Source: an uncultured Gammaproteobacteria bacterium (GTDB lineage: Bacteria; Patescibacteriota; Patescibacteriia; UBA11705; JABHMO01). From it: a DNA stretch of 64,000 nucleotides. The DNA lies in contig CAZPYM010000004.1 in NCBI GenBank assembly GCA_964590105.1, forward strand, positions 52,198 to 116,197, in the 5' to 3' direction. Shown here in pieces: positions 18,506 to 30,000 of the stretch. Positions within the stretch are counted from its first letter, which is position 1; every line of letters begins with the position of its first letter. The translations under genes were made by a program, and so were the position numbers. The notes beneath the pieces were generated by a model. It had not been told where the DNA came from. It saw only the letters and a list, made by a program, of their open reading frames with translations, and made no database searches.

Positions 18506-18929
18506 AAAATTTTTCTAGTATTTGGTTTTCCATTGCCTTCATTTTGAGAGCTTCACTCGCCCGCCGATGGTCAAACCCATACAAATGCAAATAGCCGTGA
18601 ACAATGAGTCGGAGCAATTCGCCAATAAAACTTTCACCAAATTGCTTGGCTTGTTTTCTCGCTTGCAATGGGCAAATTATTATTTCTCCGGCAAAGTTTC
18701 CGGCCGGAGCGCCTTTTTCAACTTCAGCAAAAGCCAGTACGTCCGTTACTTTATCTTTTTTTCGATACAGTCGATTCAATTTTCTGATTTCGGCCGGCCC
18801 GACAAAAGCCATTGACAATGATTGCTTTTTTTTAATTTTTAATTGCTTTTGCGCCAGCAACAAAACCTGCGAGATTTTCTTTCGAGGCGTGGAAAATTCG
18901 GTTCGATTATTTATTTCAATTTCAGGCAT
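18498..18929 (-). CDS. ybeY: rRNA maturation endoribonuclease YbeY
   Basis: Zinc motif HGYLHLYGFDH (HxxxHxxGxDH). Start placed at MPEIEINN (18929) rather than the ORF-track start at 19076, which would overlap the upstream gene by ~120 nt and add a basic low-complexity extension. Confidence 0.75.
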   Translation of the reverse strand: MPEIEINNRTEFSTPRKKISQVLLLAQKQLKIKKKQSLSMAFVGPAEIRKLNRLYRKKDKVTDVLAFAEVEKGAPAGNFAGEIIICPLQARKQAKQFGESFIGELLRLIVHGYLHLYGFDHRRASEALKMKAMENQILEKFYG

Positions 18930-18954
18930 AGGAGGATTTATTCTTGCCGCGCAT

Positions 18955-20115
18955 TTATTGTTCAATGCTGACCGGCGGCGGAGTATACTCTTCTTCAGCA
19001 ACTGCCGGCGATACTTCCGGCTCAACACTGATTTCCGGGACATCGACTGTTGATAATTCGGCTGGCGTAAATTCAAAACTATTTACCACCATTTGAAAAA
19101 TATTTGGGAAACTGGCTTCTTCCTTCAGTCCGATATTATAATTAATGATAAAGACTCGTCCGTCCTTTTCCAGATATACTGTAAAAGCATCAGGACTTTC
19201 CAACGCTGAATATTCATTAAACGTTTTGTATGTCTTCAAATCTTTTTCCGCCACATTTGGAACTTGCGCCAGATACCATTCTTTCAAACTTTGCTCGGCC
19301 GGCTTTTCATCAATTAGAATATTAATAAATTCATTTTGATTGGAACTGATCATCAGATCACTCGGATCCTGACTATTCAGCGGTTGGATAAGCCAGCTGA
19401 CCGGGTACAAAATTCTATAGCCGTAATTGCTATTGGTATAATATTTAAAATTTTCCATTTCCCACAATCTGACTGAACCCGCGTCTATCGGACTATAAAA
19501 GTTTTCAATTTCTTCCTTGTCTTTGTAAACATCGCCGTCGCTGTCGATCATGTTTTCTTTGGTGCCAAATAAACCTTCTTCAACATCAGTCAGGCCGTCC
19601 TTGTCAGCATCCGGTCCGCTAAGCAGGGACAAGGTGAATTTGTTAATCTTTGACGGATCAAATTTTTCAACTGTCTCGACAACAGGTGTTATCGGCTCTT
19701 CTTCCGGCAAAACAACTTCCGCCGGCTTTTCCTCCTCCACTACCGGCGCTGGTTGCGCGGGCATTGGCTGAATTTCAGCGATCGGCTGCAATTGGGTTTC
19801 CGCCGGCTTTTCATAGCTCTTGTAGAGCAAATAAGCTGAAACACCCACCACGATCACAAGCACGGCGATTATGATAACATTCAAAATCTTTTTTTTCTTG
19901 CCTGGATCCATTGGCGGCCGCGAAACAGCGCCCAGCCTGGATTTTTTTATCGGCTTGCCGGCGTTCGTGGATTCTACAGTCTTGCTTCCCAAATAATATT
20001 CCATCGGCATGGTATAAACCTTGCCATCTGCGTCACTTTTTGCTTCAGGCGTTGCGCCGGCCGGCGTTGGAGCGGCGGGCTGATTATTTTTCTTGTTTTC
20101 TGCGTCTTCAAACAT
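18955..20115 (-). CDS. membrane-anchored protein with thrombospondin type-3-like Ca-binding repeats
   Basis: Pro/Ala-rich N-terminal region, then one TM helix (ILNVIIIAVLVIVVGVSAYLLY). Extracellular part contains DADKDGLTDVEE and DSDGDVYKDKEE (DxDxDGxxDxxE). 386 aa. Confidence 0.45.
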   Translation of the reverse strand: MFEDAENKKNNQPAAPTPAGATPEAKSDADGKVYTMPMEYYLGSKTVESTNAGKPIKKSRLGAVSRPPMDPGKKKKILNVIIIAVLVIVVGVSAYLLYKSYEKPAETQLQPIAEIQPMPAQPAPVVEEEKPAEVVLPEEEPITPVVETVEKFDPSKINKFTLSLLSGPDADKDGLTDVEEGLFGTKENMIDSDGDVYKDKEEIENFYSPIDAGSVRLWEMENFKYYTNSNYGYRILYPVSWLIQPLNSQDPSDLMISSNQNEFINILIDEKPAEQSLKEWYLAQVPNVAEKDLKTYKTFNEYSALESPDAFTVYLEKDGRVFIINYNIGLKEEASFPNIFQMVVNSFEFTPAELSTVDVPEISVEPEVSPAVAEEEYTPPPVSIEQ

Positions 20116-20257
20116 AGGATTATGTTAGAGTTAAAAGTTTCCGCCAAAGGCGGCTGCGCCTATGGCGCAAAAAGGTAAAAGGTAAAAGTTGAAAATCAAA
20201 ATTTAGTTTACACAATTAACCTAATTAACTTAATTAACTTGATTAACTTTATTAACT

Positions 20258-20917
20258 TTACAAACTTTCTTGCGCATTTTTCAGCGCATCTTCAAGGTTC
20301 AAAAGTTTGCCCTCGCCCTTTGGATTGTAACCTTGCAAAACTTCTTCACCGTCAAGATAACCGTCGCCGTCTGTGTCAGGATTCAAGGGATCAGTAAAAT
20401 ATACTTTTACTTCATTAAAATCAAATAAACCGTCGCCATCGCTGTCAATCTGCAAAAAGTTTGTACCAAGTTCTTTTTCTTCATTATCAGTCAGGCCATC
20501 GCTATCGCTGTCATATTCAGGCAAGACAATATCATCTTCAATAATTATCTTTTGTTCCGCTTCTTTCACTTCCACTTTTGGCGCAAATTCCGCTTCCGGC
20601 GCCGGCTGAACCTCCTCCGGCTGATCCACGACCGGCGTGGCCGGTTCCGGGGCTGACATAAATTTATAGCCAACAAAACCAATCAAACCCAACACTACAA
20701 TCGCCGCAACAGCAATTATAATAATCATTTTTTTATTATTACGGGAACTAGGACCGGGAAATCCGGCTGAACCTGCCGGCTGACTTACTGCCGGAGCTGG
20801 CTGAACCGAAGCGCCGGATACTGGCGCGGCGGCCGCTGCTTTATCAACTTCGGCAAACATATCATTCACTCCCGTACTTGGATTTTGAGAAGGTAAATTT
20901 TTTTCTTGTTCTGGCAT
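20258..20917 (-). CDS. membrane-anchored protein with three thrombospondin type-3-like Ca-binding repeats (paralog of 18955..20115)
   Basis: One TM helix (MIIIIAVAAIVVLGLIGFVGY). Repeats DSDSDGLTDNEE, DSDGDGLFDFNE, DTDGDGYLDGEE. Confidence 0.5.
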   Translation of the reverse strand: MPEQEKNLPSQNPSTGVNDMFAEVDKAAAAAPVSGASVQPAPAVSQPAGSAGFPGPSSRNNKKMIIIIAVAAIVVLGLIGFVGYKFMSAPEPATPVVDQPEEVQPAPEAEFAPKVEVKEAEQKIIIEDDIVLPEYDSDSDGLTDNEEKELGTNFLQIDSDGDGLFDFNEVKVYFTDPLNPDTDGDGYLDGEEVLQGYNPKGEGKLLNLEDALKNAQESL

Positions 20918-21064
20918 AAATTTTTTATTAAATAATATCGATTAAATTATAAGTCACAATATACAAATGACAAATTACAAGCAAATTACAATCAATATGT
21001 CTCAATAATTCGTACATTCGCAAGACTCGTAATTTCGTATTATAAATATCAATTAATTTTATCG

Positions 21065-24000
21065 TTAATATATTGCCGGCCCCTTGCAGGTGGCAACTGC
21101 GCCAACTAAATCACCAAGGTTTGCCGAAAGAGTTGTCTCGTCCCCGAGGAAAAATAATCCACCTGTATCATCGGCATATTTTTTGAAAAAAGCCTCTTGA
21201 TTCACTGTCGGAGGACTCCCGTCTTTGCGAATATAAATCAAATGGATGTTAGCATTCTGCTCTTGGGCCAAAGCAATGTCCGCATTTCGAAGCGGCTCAT
21301 CACCTGTGTCACTAGCATCAGTAATCAAAATATAAGTTACTCTATCATAATCACCCTTAATTAAATTTGCGGCCTGAAATTCAACATCTATCCATTTTGC
21401 CATATTACCTGCGCCAACATAGCTTGATGTATTTATTTGGTCCTTCACAAATTGAGGCTCATTGCTTACCGGATCAACTAGCTTAACCTGACTATTTGAC
21501 GTCCAGCCAGCACTCCCGGTAAAACCCGCTCCTGATTGCTGCACCAAATAATAATCGTCCCCATCAAGAACTGTATGCGCCGCATCAACAATTGTGTTCA
21601 AAATTGTTCGATGATACTTTGTTACATCGTTTCCAGGATTATTGTCCATACTTAAGCTTCCATCTATAAAGAATACAAATAATGTCTTGTCGCAACCAGC
21701 TTCTGATTCCGCATCATACTCGTCATTGTCATCGGAAGTTGCGCAACCGAGATCATTGGGATAATCAATAAGTCCGTCACTGTCATTATCAAGCCCGTCT
21801 TTGCACTGCGGCACCTCACCCACTTCTGCCTGCGACGGCAGAGGCTGCCAACCGGAGTCTCCACCGCCCCAGCCTGGCACGAATTTATAGGAATACATAG
21901 GCGATGCATCCTCTTCTAAACTCGGGACTTCAAGGCTGAATTGCAGATCATAAGCAGAGGTATTCCCGGTTTCAAGAGGGTCAACTAGATATGAATACAC
22001 TGAATGCAAGTTTGGGTTTGTATCGTAAAAATTGGAGAACTTCTGATTGGCGCTATTGTAGCAAGTTTGCATATCATAACCAACCGGACAATTAACGCAA
22101 AACTCCTGCGGAACCACGCACTGATAGTCACTGGCTGATCCGCCCACCGGACAAGAATACGTATTTTCACCCGACCCGCCGCATTCCACGCCAGGATTTT
22201 CCTTGGTCGCCTGTTCCCAGGCAAAATGATTAAGCGGATCTGTTGGCAAAGTTTGTCCGAGCGCTTTGCCCAATTCTTTTTGCCACGACGGCCAGATACT
22301 GAAACTGCGTCCGCGCACGTATGTGCCCGCGTCAAGCAAAGGCGCGGCTCCATTGTGCGGCGGCGTTTTTTTGTACAATTCAATGTAGGCGCGCGTCAGC
22401 ACCATATCGCTGATTCTCTGCGTGTCCCTGATAAGCTCTGGTTTAACAATAGAAAGATTATTGGTCACTATATCAGTATTAAACCACAACAAATTTACCA
22501 GCTGGCTATAAATATTTTGAGTGGCCGCGTTCGATCCCTGCGAATAGCCGAGAACATAGATATTATTATAAATATTTACCACATCATCAGCATTGACGGG
22601 CGCCATATTGCTGGCCGCCGCGTAAACCGTGGTGCCGTCCTTGGCGCCGGTATAACAATACTTGCCAAACCGATCCTGCTGACAGTCAATTTTTACCTCT
22701 GCGGTAGTAGGCGCGGGATTTGGCGCGTAGCGCTGATACCAAATATCAGGCGGTAGAGCTTCTGGGTTTTCATAAATTCGAAGTGAAATCACGTCTGATG
22801 AATAATCATTGGTCGGGCCGGCTGATTTGTCGCGGACAAAGAAATATTGTTCAAAAAGCTCCGGATCTTCCCAAGGATCAGTGTCACTTTTGCATTTATG
22901 ATCGCCAATATCAATCAGCCCGTCGCTGTCATTATCTATACCATCATTGCACTGGTTTTCCGTGTCCTGCGCCAGCTCTTCCCAGATATTTTCGGCTCCG
23001 CCAATTAATCCCTTTTCTTTGGCCAATTCAGTCAAATTAATAATATAAAAATTTTCGTTCGGATCGCATTTTGAATCAATATAATCAACTGTGCATTTTG
23101 AAATCGAAGCCAACCCTTTGACATCATTTATATTTTCATCAAATTTCCAATAGCCAACCAAATTCGGCTCGCCCAACGGATTGACGAGATCTTCTGTCTG
23201 CGGATCCTTGGCAATATTCCAAATACGAAAATCATCCACATAGCCAGCCAGAGAAACCAGAGGGACTTGCGTTTTACCAAGTCCGCCGATAAACAAGCTT
23301 TGATAATCATTATCAACGGTGACGTCTTTTTCCGCTTGATTTCTGGGCCAGACATGCAAAACAGTATTTTCATTATCAGCCGGTGTTACGTCCACGCCAT
23401 TAACATACAAGGTTGTATTACCGCCAGCACCATCATATTTTAACGCAATGTGATTAAATCCTTTGCTCAATAAGCCAACTCCATCAGTTGTTGCGCGAAC
23501 AATACCATGAGTTGGCGTCTTTATCGTATAGATGATTGATGCTTTTTCCTCAGCGCAAGTGCAATTATTTGAGTTCGGCCCGTTTTCATACGACCACTCG
23601 CAATCATCGTCGCAATCCAAGCCCCATTTTCGCAAAGCCATCTGCACATGATTATTTGTTTTTCCGTCCTCAAAAGTACTGCTATCGCTTAAATTTTTAT
23701 AAAATATTCTGGCATATCTGTCTTCCGGAATTTCTTCGCTGTACAACCAAGTTTCAATTGTCCATGGATTATTTTCATTATTCATGAAACTCAAATTGCC
23801 GCTTCCTGAATCAGGAACCTTCACATAATCAAATGACTTGTCAAAATATATGCCGTAGCGCGGTTTGGGCGCTTTGCCGGCAAACTCAACTTCGCCGATT
23901 TCCAGTTTTGGCAAATCGTCTTCAAAACCAGGTCCGCCAAAATCACGGCAATAGAACAAGCCGACGTTAAAATTATTTTCGTAAATATAAGTTGTGTGAT

Positions 24001-27000
24001 ACTCGCCCGGCTTTATTTCTGATTGCATTTTTGACCATTTATTATTGCCTTCCTTGTCCGGCGCATAGGCTGCCGGCTCCCACAAATGATCGCAAAGGGT
24101 CACGTTCAAAAGCGCGGTGCCATATTTTTGCGCGCCGAGCGTACCGAGCGCGCCGCCGGTCAGTGGACTCGCTTCGGAAATGTTATCCTTGGTCACCACA
24201 ACATTGGCCATAATAGTGGCCGAGCCATTTTTCGCCAGATTACGAACATTGACAAAGTCGCTATCTTTTTTCTGGTTTGAAAGAGGTTGAATCGGCTCAT
24301 CAACGCAATCAGAACCATCCATTTTACAAGTATGAACAGAATCAACAATAGACATGTCGCTAGCCGTCCAGTCCCACACCCATTCATACGTTCCTGGCAT
24401 TTCTGTTAATTTCTGCTCTCCGCTTCTGGCCGTGGCCCTGAATGTATTGGTTTGATTGGCTTTTGTTACGAAAACCTGTTGCGGCTCAACAATCACATTA
24501 TCAAGCAGACAAATACTGTCGCCGGCAACAAAATTTAATTCAAGATTTACCGGCTCATAGGTTTCATCGCAATTATTTTTCAAGTTTGAAAATTTTAACT
24601 TATACTGCTTGCCGACCTGTAGCACTTGCTTTGGCGTAATGCTAAAATTAGTGTTCCCGACTATATTAGTCGACTCATTCATAGTCATCCCGACCTCGCA
24701 CTCCACAGTGGCTGCAAATCCGACTTTGACTAATAAATTTCGCACAAATTCTTTTGCTTTTGAATACCACGATCCCGCGCCCTGCGACAAGCCTGTCGGA
24801 CAACTACCGTCAGACATTAGATATAATTTTATAATAGCTTCGTCAGAATAAACTTTTTTATTAAAAGAAGTATAAAGCATAGCATTCGGACAAACATCAA
24901 CCGAGCCATTGACCGGTGAGCTCGCGGCATCATCAAAACCAAGCCCCGCCGTAGCTTCGCAAATTATTGGATCAATTATCGAATCATCTTTTTTACTCCA
25001 ATCATCAATATGCGGCAAAATATCTTTATATTTATTAATCAAATCAGGATCATTGGTTCTGAATGCAAAGTCTCCCATTCCGACCTGCGCCTCATCAGCT
25101 GGGTTTTCTTTAGTTGAAGTTTGAATCTCAGTATCGCCGATAATATATCCGGTTGCTACATCATAGAAAAAATTATTTTGCGTTGCGCCGGACTTCAAAG
25201 TTCCGTCCTCATTAAAGTAAACAGAATCCAAATAAACTTCCAAACCGCTCGGAACTGAAGTCGCCATTTGATACGGACTGCCATTCTGTCCATTGCTAAG
25301 GCCTATCGTGCACAACCCGGCATTTATTTCTGCCTGACTGCATTCGCAAATCAGATCCTCTCCAGCCTCCGGCGTACCATTGTTGCAATATGAAGGATTA
25401 TCATACGCATATGAAGAACCCAGATTTAAACATTTGGCGCTACAATAATCAGGCAGGGCGCAGGCACAATCATCTTCACCAAATAAACAAGAGACATATT
25501 CACTGCCGTCCAATTTTTTGCAAGTTGCTTCGCACTCTTCGTCATTCTTGCCATCGCCGTTATAATCCTCGGGTATTCCGTTGCCGCAACAATTGGAACA
25601 CTCACAATCAGGCGAACCAGCTAAGCACGCTTCGGTCTTGCTACCGGTAGCGCAATCTTGGGCCGACACAGCGCAAGACAAGGACAATATTTGTTTTCCG
25701 ACCTCGCCTTGACATGCTGCACAAGAAATCTTTTTCGCGCCGTCTTTTTCACAAAAAGGATTTGTCCCTTTATCGCAACAATCCGCATCAGTTCCTTTGT
25801 TGCACAGTATTTCAATCTGGCCACCTGCGCATTGATTGCAGTCAAGAATTTTTTGGCCGTCACAATCAGGATCATCTTGAAAACACGTTTCTTCTTTATA
25901 TCCGTCAGCGCAGCCATTTGTAACACCCACAATACAGTTGATTGTTTTTGTCTCGCACTCCTCGTCTTCTTGACACGGAATATCCACCGTACCGATACAG
26001 TCCGCTCCCTCGTTGCAAGCGACCTGTTTTTTGCCCACGCATCCGGGATCGCCGGCTTCACTAGCAGAACAAGCAATTTCCTTAGTACAATTACTAGTGC
26101 AAGTCGGGAAGCCTTTCCAAACGCAAGTATTGGTGCAATTGGACTCGCCTTCGCATTCTTCGCCAACCTCTAGAACGCCATTGCCACAAACTGCCGCGGC
26201 TAATTGTTCGCCGAGCTTATAGGCAGATCCTTTATATAAACATTTTTCATTTAATCCTGCTTCGCTGTTTTGCCCACCGAAATCAGCGTCTTCGCCGGAT
26301 TCTTTTTTTCCATTGCCACAAACAAAACCAGCCGCTGTTCCGGTATTCAAACAACCGGCTGTGCAGGCTGATCCCTTGGCCACGCAAGAGCAACCTTGTA
26401 ATCCGGACACCGGCACACAGGCCTGGCCATTAACATCCAGATAATCACAACCTTGGTCGCATTCTTCACCGGGCTCGATCTCGCCATTACCGCAACAATT
26501 AGACTGGGTCTTCGGATCAGCGCAATTGGCCAATGGTTCGCGGAGGCAAATCTCACTGCAGCCATCTTCATTTTCTATATTGCTGTCATCGCATTCTTCA
26601 CCCGGCTCAATCTCGCCATTGCCGCAAACAGCGGCAAAGGGAGTACTGCCAATCGCCTGGCATTTGTCATTGCAATACGGTTTAGTTTCCACCCCGAGGA
26701 GAGTATTGGTAATGCTGGCCACTACCGGCTTGGTACTCAGCCAATCCCAATCATAAGCAAAGGCGTCCAAAAGCTGACCGCTGGCACTGCATTCATCAGG
26801 CGCGGAATATGGCGCGGCCCAGTATTCAACTTTTTCTTTTTCCTGCTCCGACATATATTCTACCGGTGCGGTTTCCACGCGGTCTATTTTGCATTCTTCA
26901 GGATCATCTTTTGTTTTAAATATCCAACTAAAAGCGTCATATTGTCCGCTCGCGCCAATTTCAAATGATGACACAAAAGCGCACTGCGGATCCGGGGCTA

Positions 27001-30000
27001 GATATTCGTTTTCTGTTTGAATTGTTTCCAGTTCTGCCTCGTCAGTAATCACAGCATTATTTTCTTTTAAATTAACACAGGCAAACTGGATATTTTCGTC
27101 ATCCTGACAATTCGGAGTTTTAGAAATTTCAGCAAAAGAAACAATTATACCGGCCGCCTGGTCATAACAGCCGCAGAGATAATCAAGGTTTTTGTCTTCC
27201 GCTCCCACAGCTGAATAACCGCCGCTCACATCCGCTTTGCCGTCGGCGTCATCGTCTTTTCTATTGCCGCAGTCTCCGCCGGGCGCGTTCCCGGTGCTAT
27301 AATTCAGACCGGTCAAATTAACTCCGCTGTAACTTTTTACTCCATTCGTCACAACCATGCGATAATAAGTATTTGGCTCCATTTTATTCGGATGAAGAGA
27401 AATTTTCAATTCATGAATTGACGTGCCGTAATATGGATTCTCCACTTCCTGATAATCAATCTTGCTTTGATCCAGACCAAAATCAGTCAAAACTACGCAA
27501 TCTGACGAATAGCACGAATAAAGCTTGACTGTTTCCGGCATGAAGCTGTCCTTGTCCATGAAAGTATTAAAATTCGCGCCAATACTGGCATTAATACAGG
27601 CAAAATTGCAATTAGGATAATAGGAAATTATTTTCGGGTCAGCAAATTTAACTTTCAAAAAACCTTTTTTATATAAACTGTCAAATGTATCTTTTAATGG
27701 ATCATCTTGTGTCAACTCAGCTTCAGCCGCTATTTCCATTGGTTTGCCCGGAGGAGTTTCAAATGTCTGCCCCTGTCCGAGCTCTGACAAAGACTTCAAC
27801 TGAAAATACCCCGAACTGCTGATAAATTCTTTAGGAGCTTGGCAAATCAGGCCATCCGCTGGCTCAAAACAAGCATAGCCGGCAAATTCTGCTTTCTGCT
27901 TGTCTATGTCTTTGACCATATCCCACTGCCAATCCTTGTCGCTAAGACCGATTTCCTGGCACTGGTATTGGCCGGAAACAGTATATTTTTGCTTGCCGTC
28001 AATAGTTTTAATCAATCCGACCAGCGGACTCATTAGCAATTTATCCGGCACGCAATTCTCGCTTTTGGTTTTAAATTTCCAAGTGTAATCATTGAGCATA
28101 TTGACATAGCCCTCGAAAAAATCGCTGTAAGCGCTCACGCCGCCAGTACCGCCTTTTATTGTCACTTGATACCAAGTGTTTTCGTGTAGATTATGATTGC
28201 CTTCCTGCACGATAGAAGGAACCAAGTCATTTCCTTCGTTTAATAGTGAAGAATCCAAGCTGAATGCTGTCACCTGGTCTCCAATACAAAAACAATTATC
28301 TTTATTTATTTCCGGATCGCAAGTTTCATTACCCGGCTGTCCGTCAATATAGCAAGACAAATTAAGGTTAGTTAAATTAAAATCATTGGAATGCGCGTTG
28401 GTTATTGTCCGCGAAACGCAGTCATTTGGATTGCAAATATCAAAATTACATTCCCCGCCTTGAGTATTTAAGCATCTTTTTATTATAATATTATTTTGAA
28501 AACTATTTGCCTCGGGATCAGTCTTCATTATCATGTTGAAAGTAGCTGAAATAAGGCCGTTCGGACAGGCGTTAGTAGTATTTTTAAATGGCGACGGCGA
28601 CTGCGTATACTGTCCCGGCCAACAGCTCCTCTCAATCACTCGCGGATAAGTCGGCAAGGGGCCAGTACTCATCATCCACATGTATTCGGATGGCTCATAG
28701 CCAACCTCCACCGTACAAGTACCAACCGTCTGACAAACGCCGGTAGAACAACATTCTTCGCCCTCTGCGCAAGAGTTGGCGCTACAACTGCCTACAGTAA
28801 ATGAAACTGAATTACTCTGTTTTTGATCACTTTTCACAAAAACACCGCCGGACAAAGCTTTCTCCGGCACTACCGCATTTTCAATCAATATGGCCGACCA
28901 ATCGCCAAAGCTGGTCGCGATCCCCGGATCCGGAACCTTTGCGCATTGGCAAGTTTCATCCTCGTCTATGTCGCACGGAGCCACGCCATCCGGACAATTG
29001 ATCTTTGGCCCGCCGGTTTTGGAAAAATACACCTCACCTTCATTACCAAAATATTCGCCTTTAAAATCCACGCCAATGCCTTCAGGGCCATTATTCGGAT
29101 CAAGGAGACAAAGCCCTGGACCAGGAGGCCCTTCCACAATTTCATAATCATACGGATCGGTGACCAAACCCTGAGAAGTATATAAAACTATTTTGTATTC
29201 ATCGCTGTAAGCGCTCTCATCGGACAAAGCAGGGCTCGCAAAAGTGTTTAATATTGTTTCCGGAATTTTTATGACAACCTCACTGTCAGACCAGCTTTCC
29301 GGTCCGCAGCCAATCGCCGTAATCCAATCGTAATTGTCGCCGCCAATTAATCGATGAATCTCCACGTGTCCTGTATCATTACCAAAATATTGTCCTGAAA
29401 TAGTAATCAATTGCCCGATTGGCGCGGGCGCCGGCTCCACCATGTCAATTTTTGGCAGATTTTCTGATGGCACTATTTCAAATCGCACTGGATTGCTATA
29501 CAGATTTTTGCAAAGGCAATCAGCTATATTTTCTGGTGTTTGCTCGCAAACTGCTTTAGTTGTTTTATCCAAGCATTGTGGGCCTTTATCAATTACTGTA
29601 TTTTTTTTGCCTTTTTCTAATAACGGAATCTGCAGACTCAAAATTGTTTCCGGACTCCAAGCAAATCCAGCCCCCTGCAAAAAGTTAATGCCCCCGAGAA
29701 ATGCGGCATCGTCATCATCTTTCTGGCCGAAATTATTGCCGCCAACTCTTACTAAATTATTTACCGCCCCTTTATCGCAATGAACTTCAGGTGTCGGTTG
29801 ACAGCCCTGTAGTGTGACAGAACACAAACCAGGATAATTAATATTTGAATCAACAATAAAATCGCCTACCCAGCCGTCGTCATCATCAGTCGTGTCTTCA
29901 TTATTTAAATAATTAACAACCTTAATTGGGCCGGTAATCGCCTGCGCCGGCACTTTGGCAATTATTTGATAATTATTCCAAGCTGAACTAGCCTGACAGC

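Noticed and set aside
18929-19076. N-terminal 49-aa basic extension of YbeY in the ORF track
   Set aside because: It would overlap the upstream 386-aa gene by about 120 nt. YbeY family proteins are about 140-160 aa. The internal Met at 18929 gives the canonical length.
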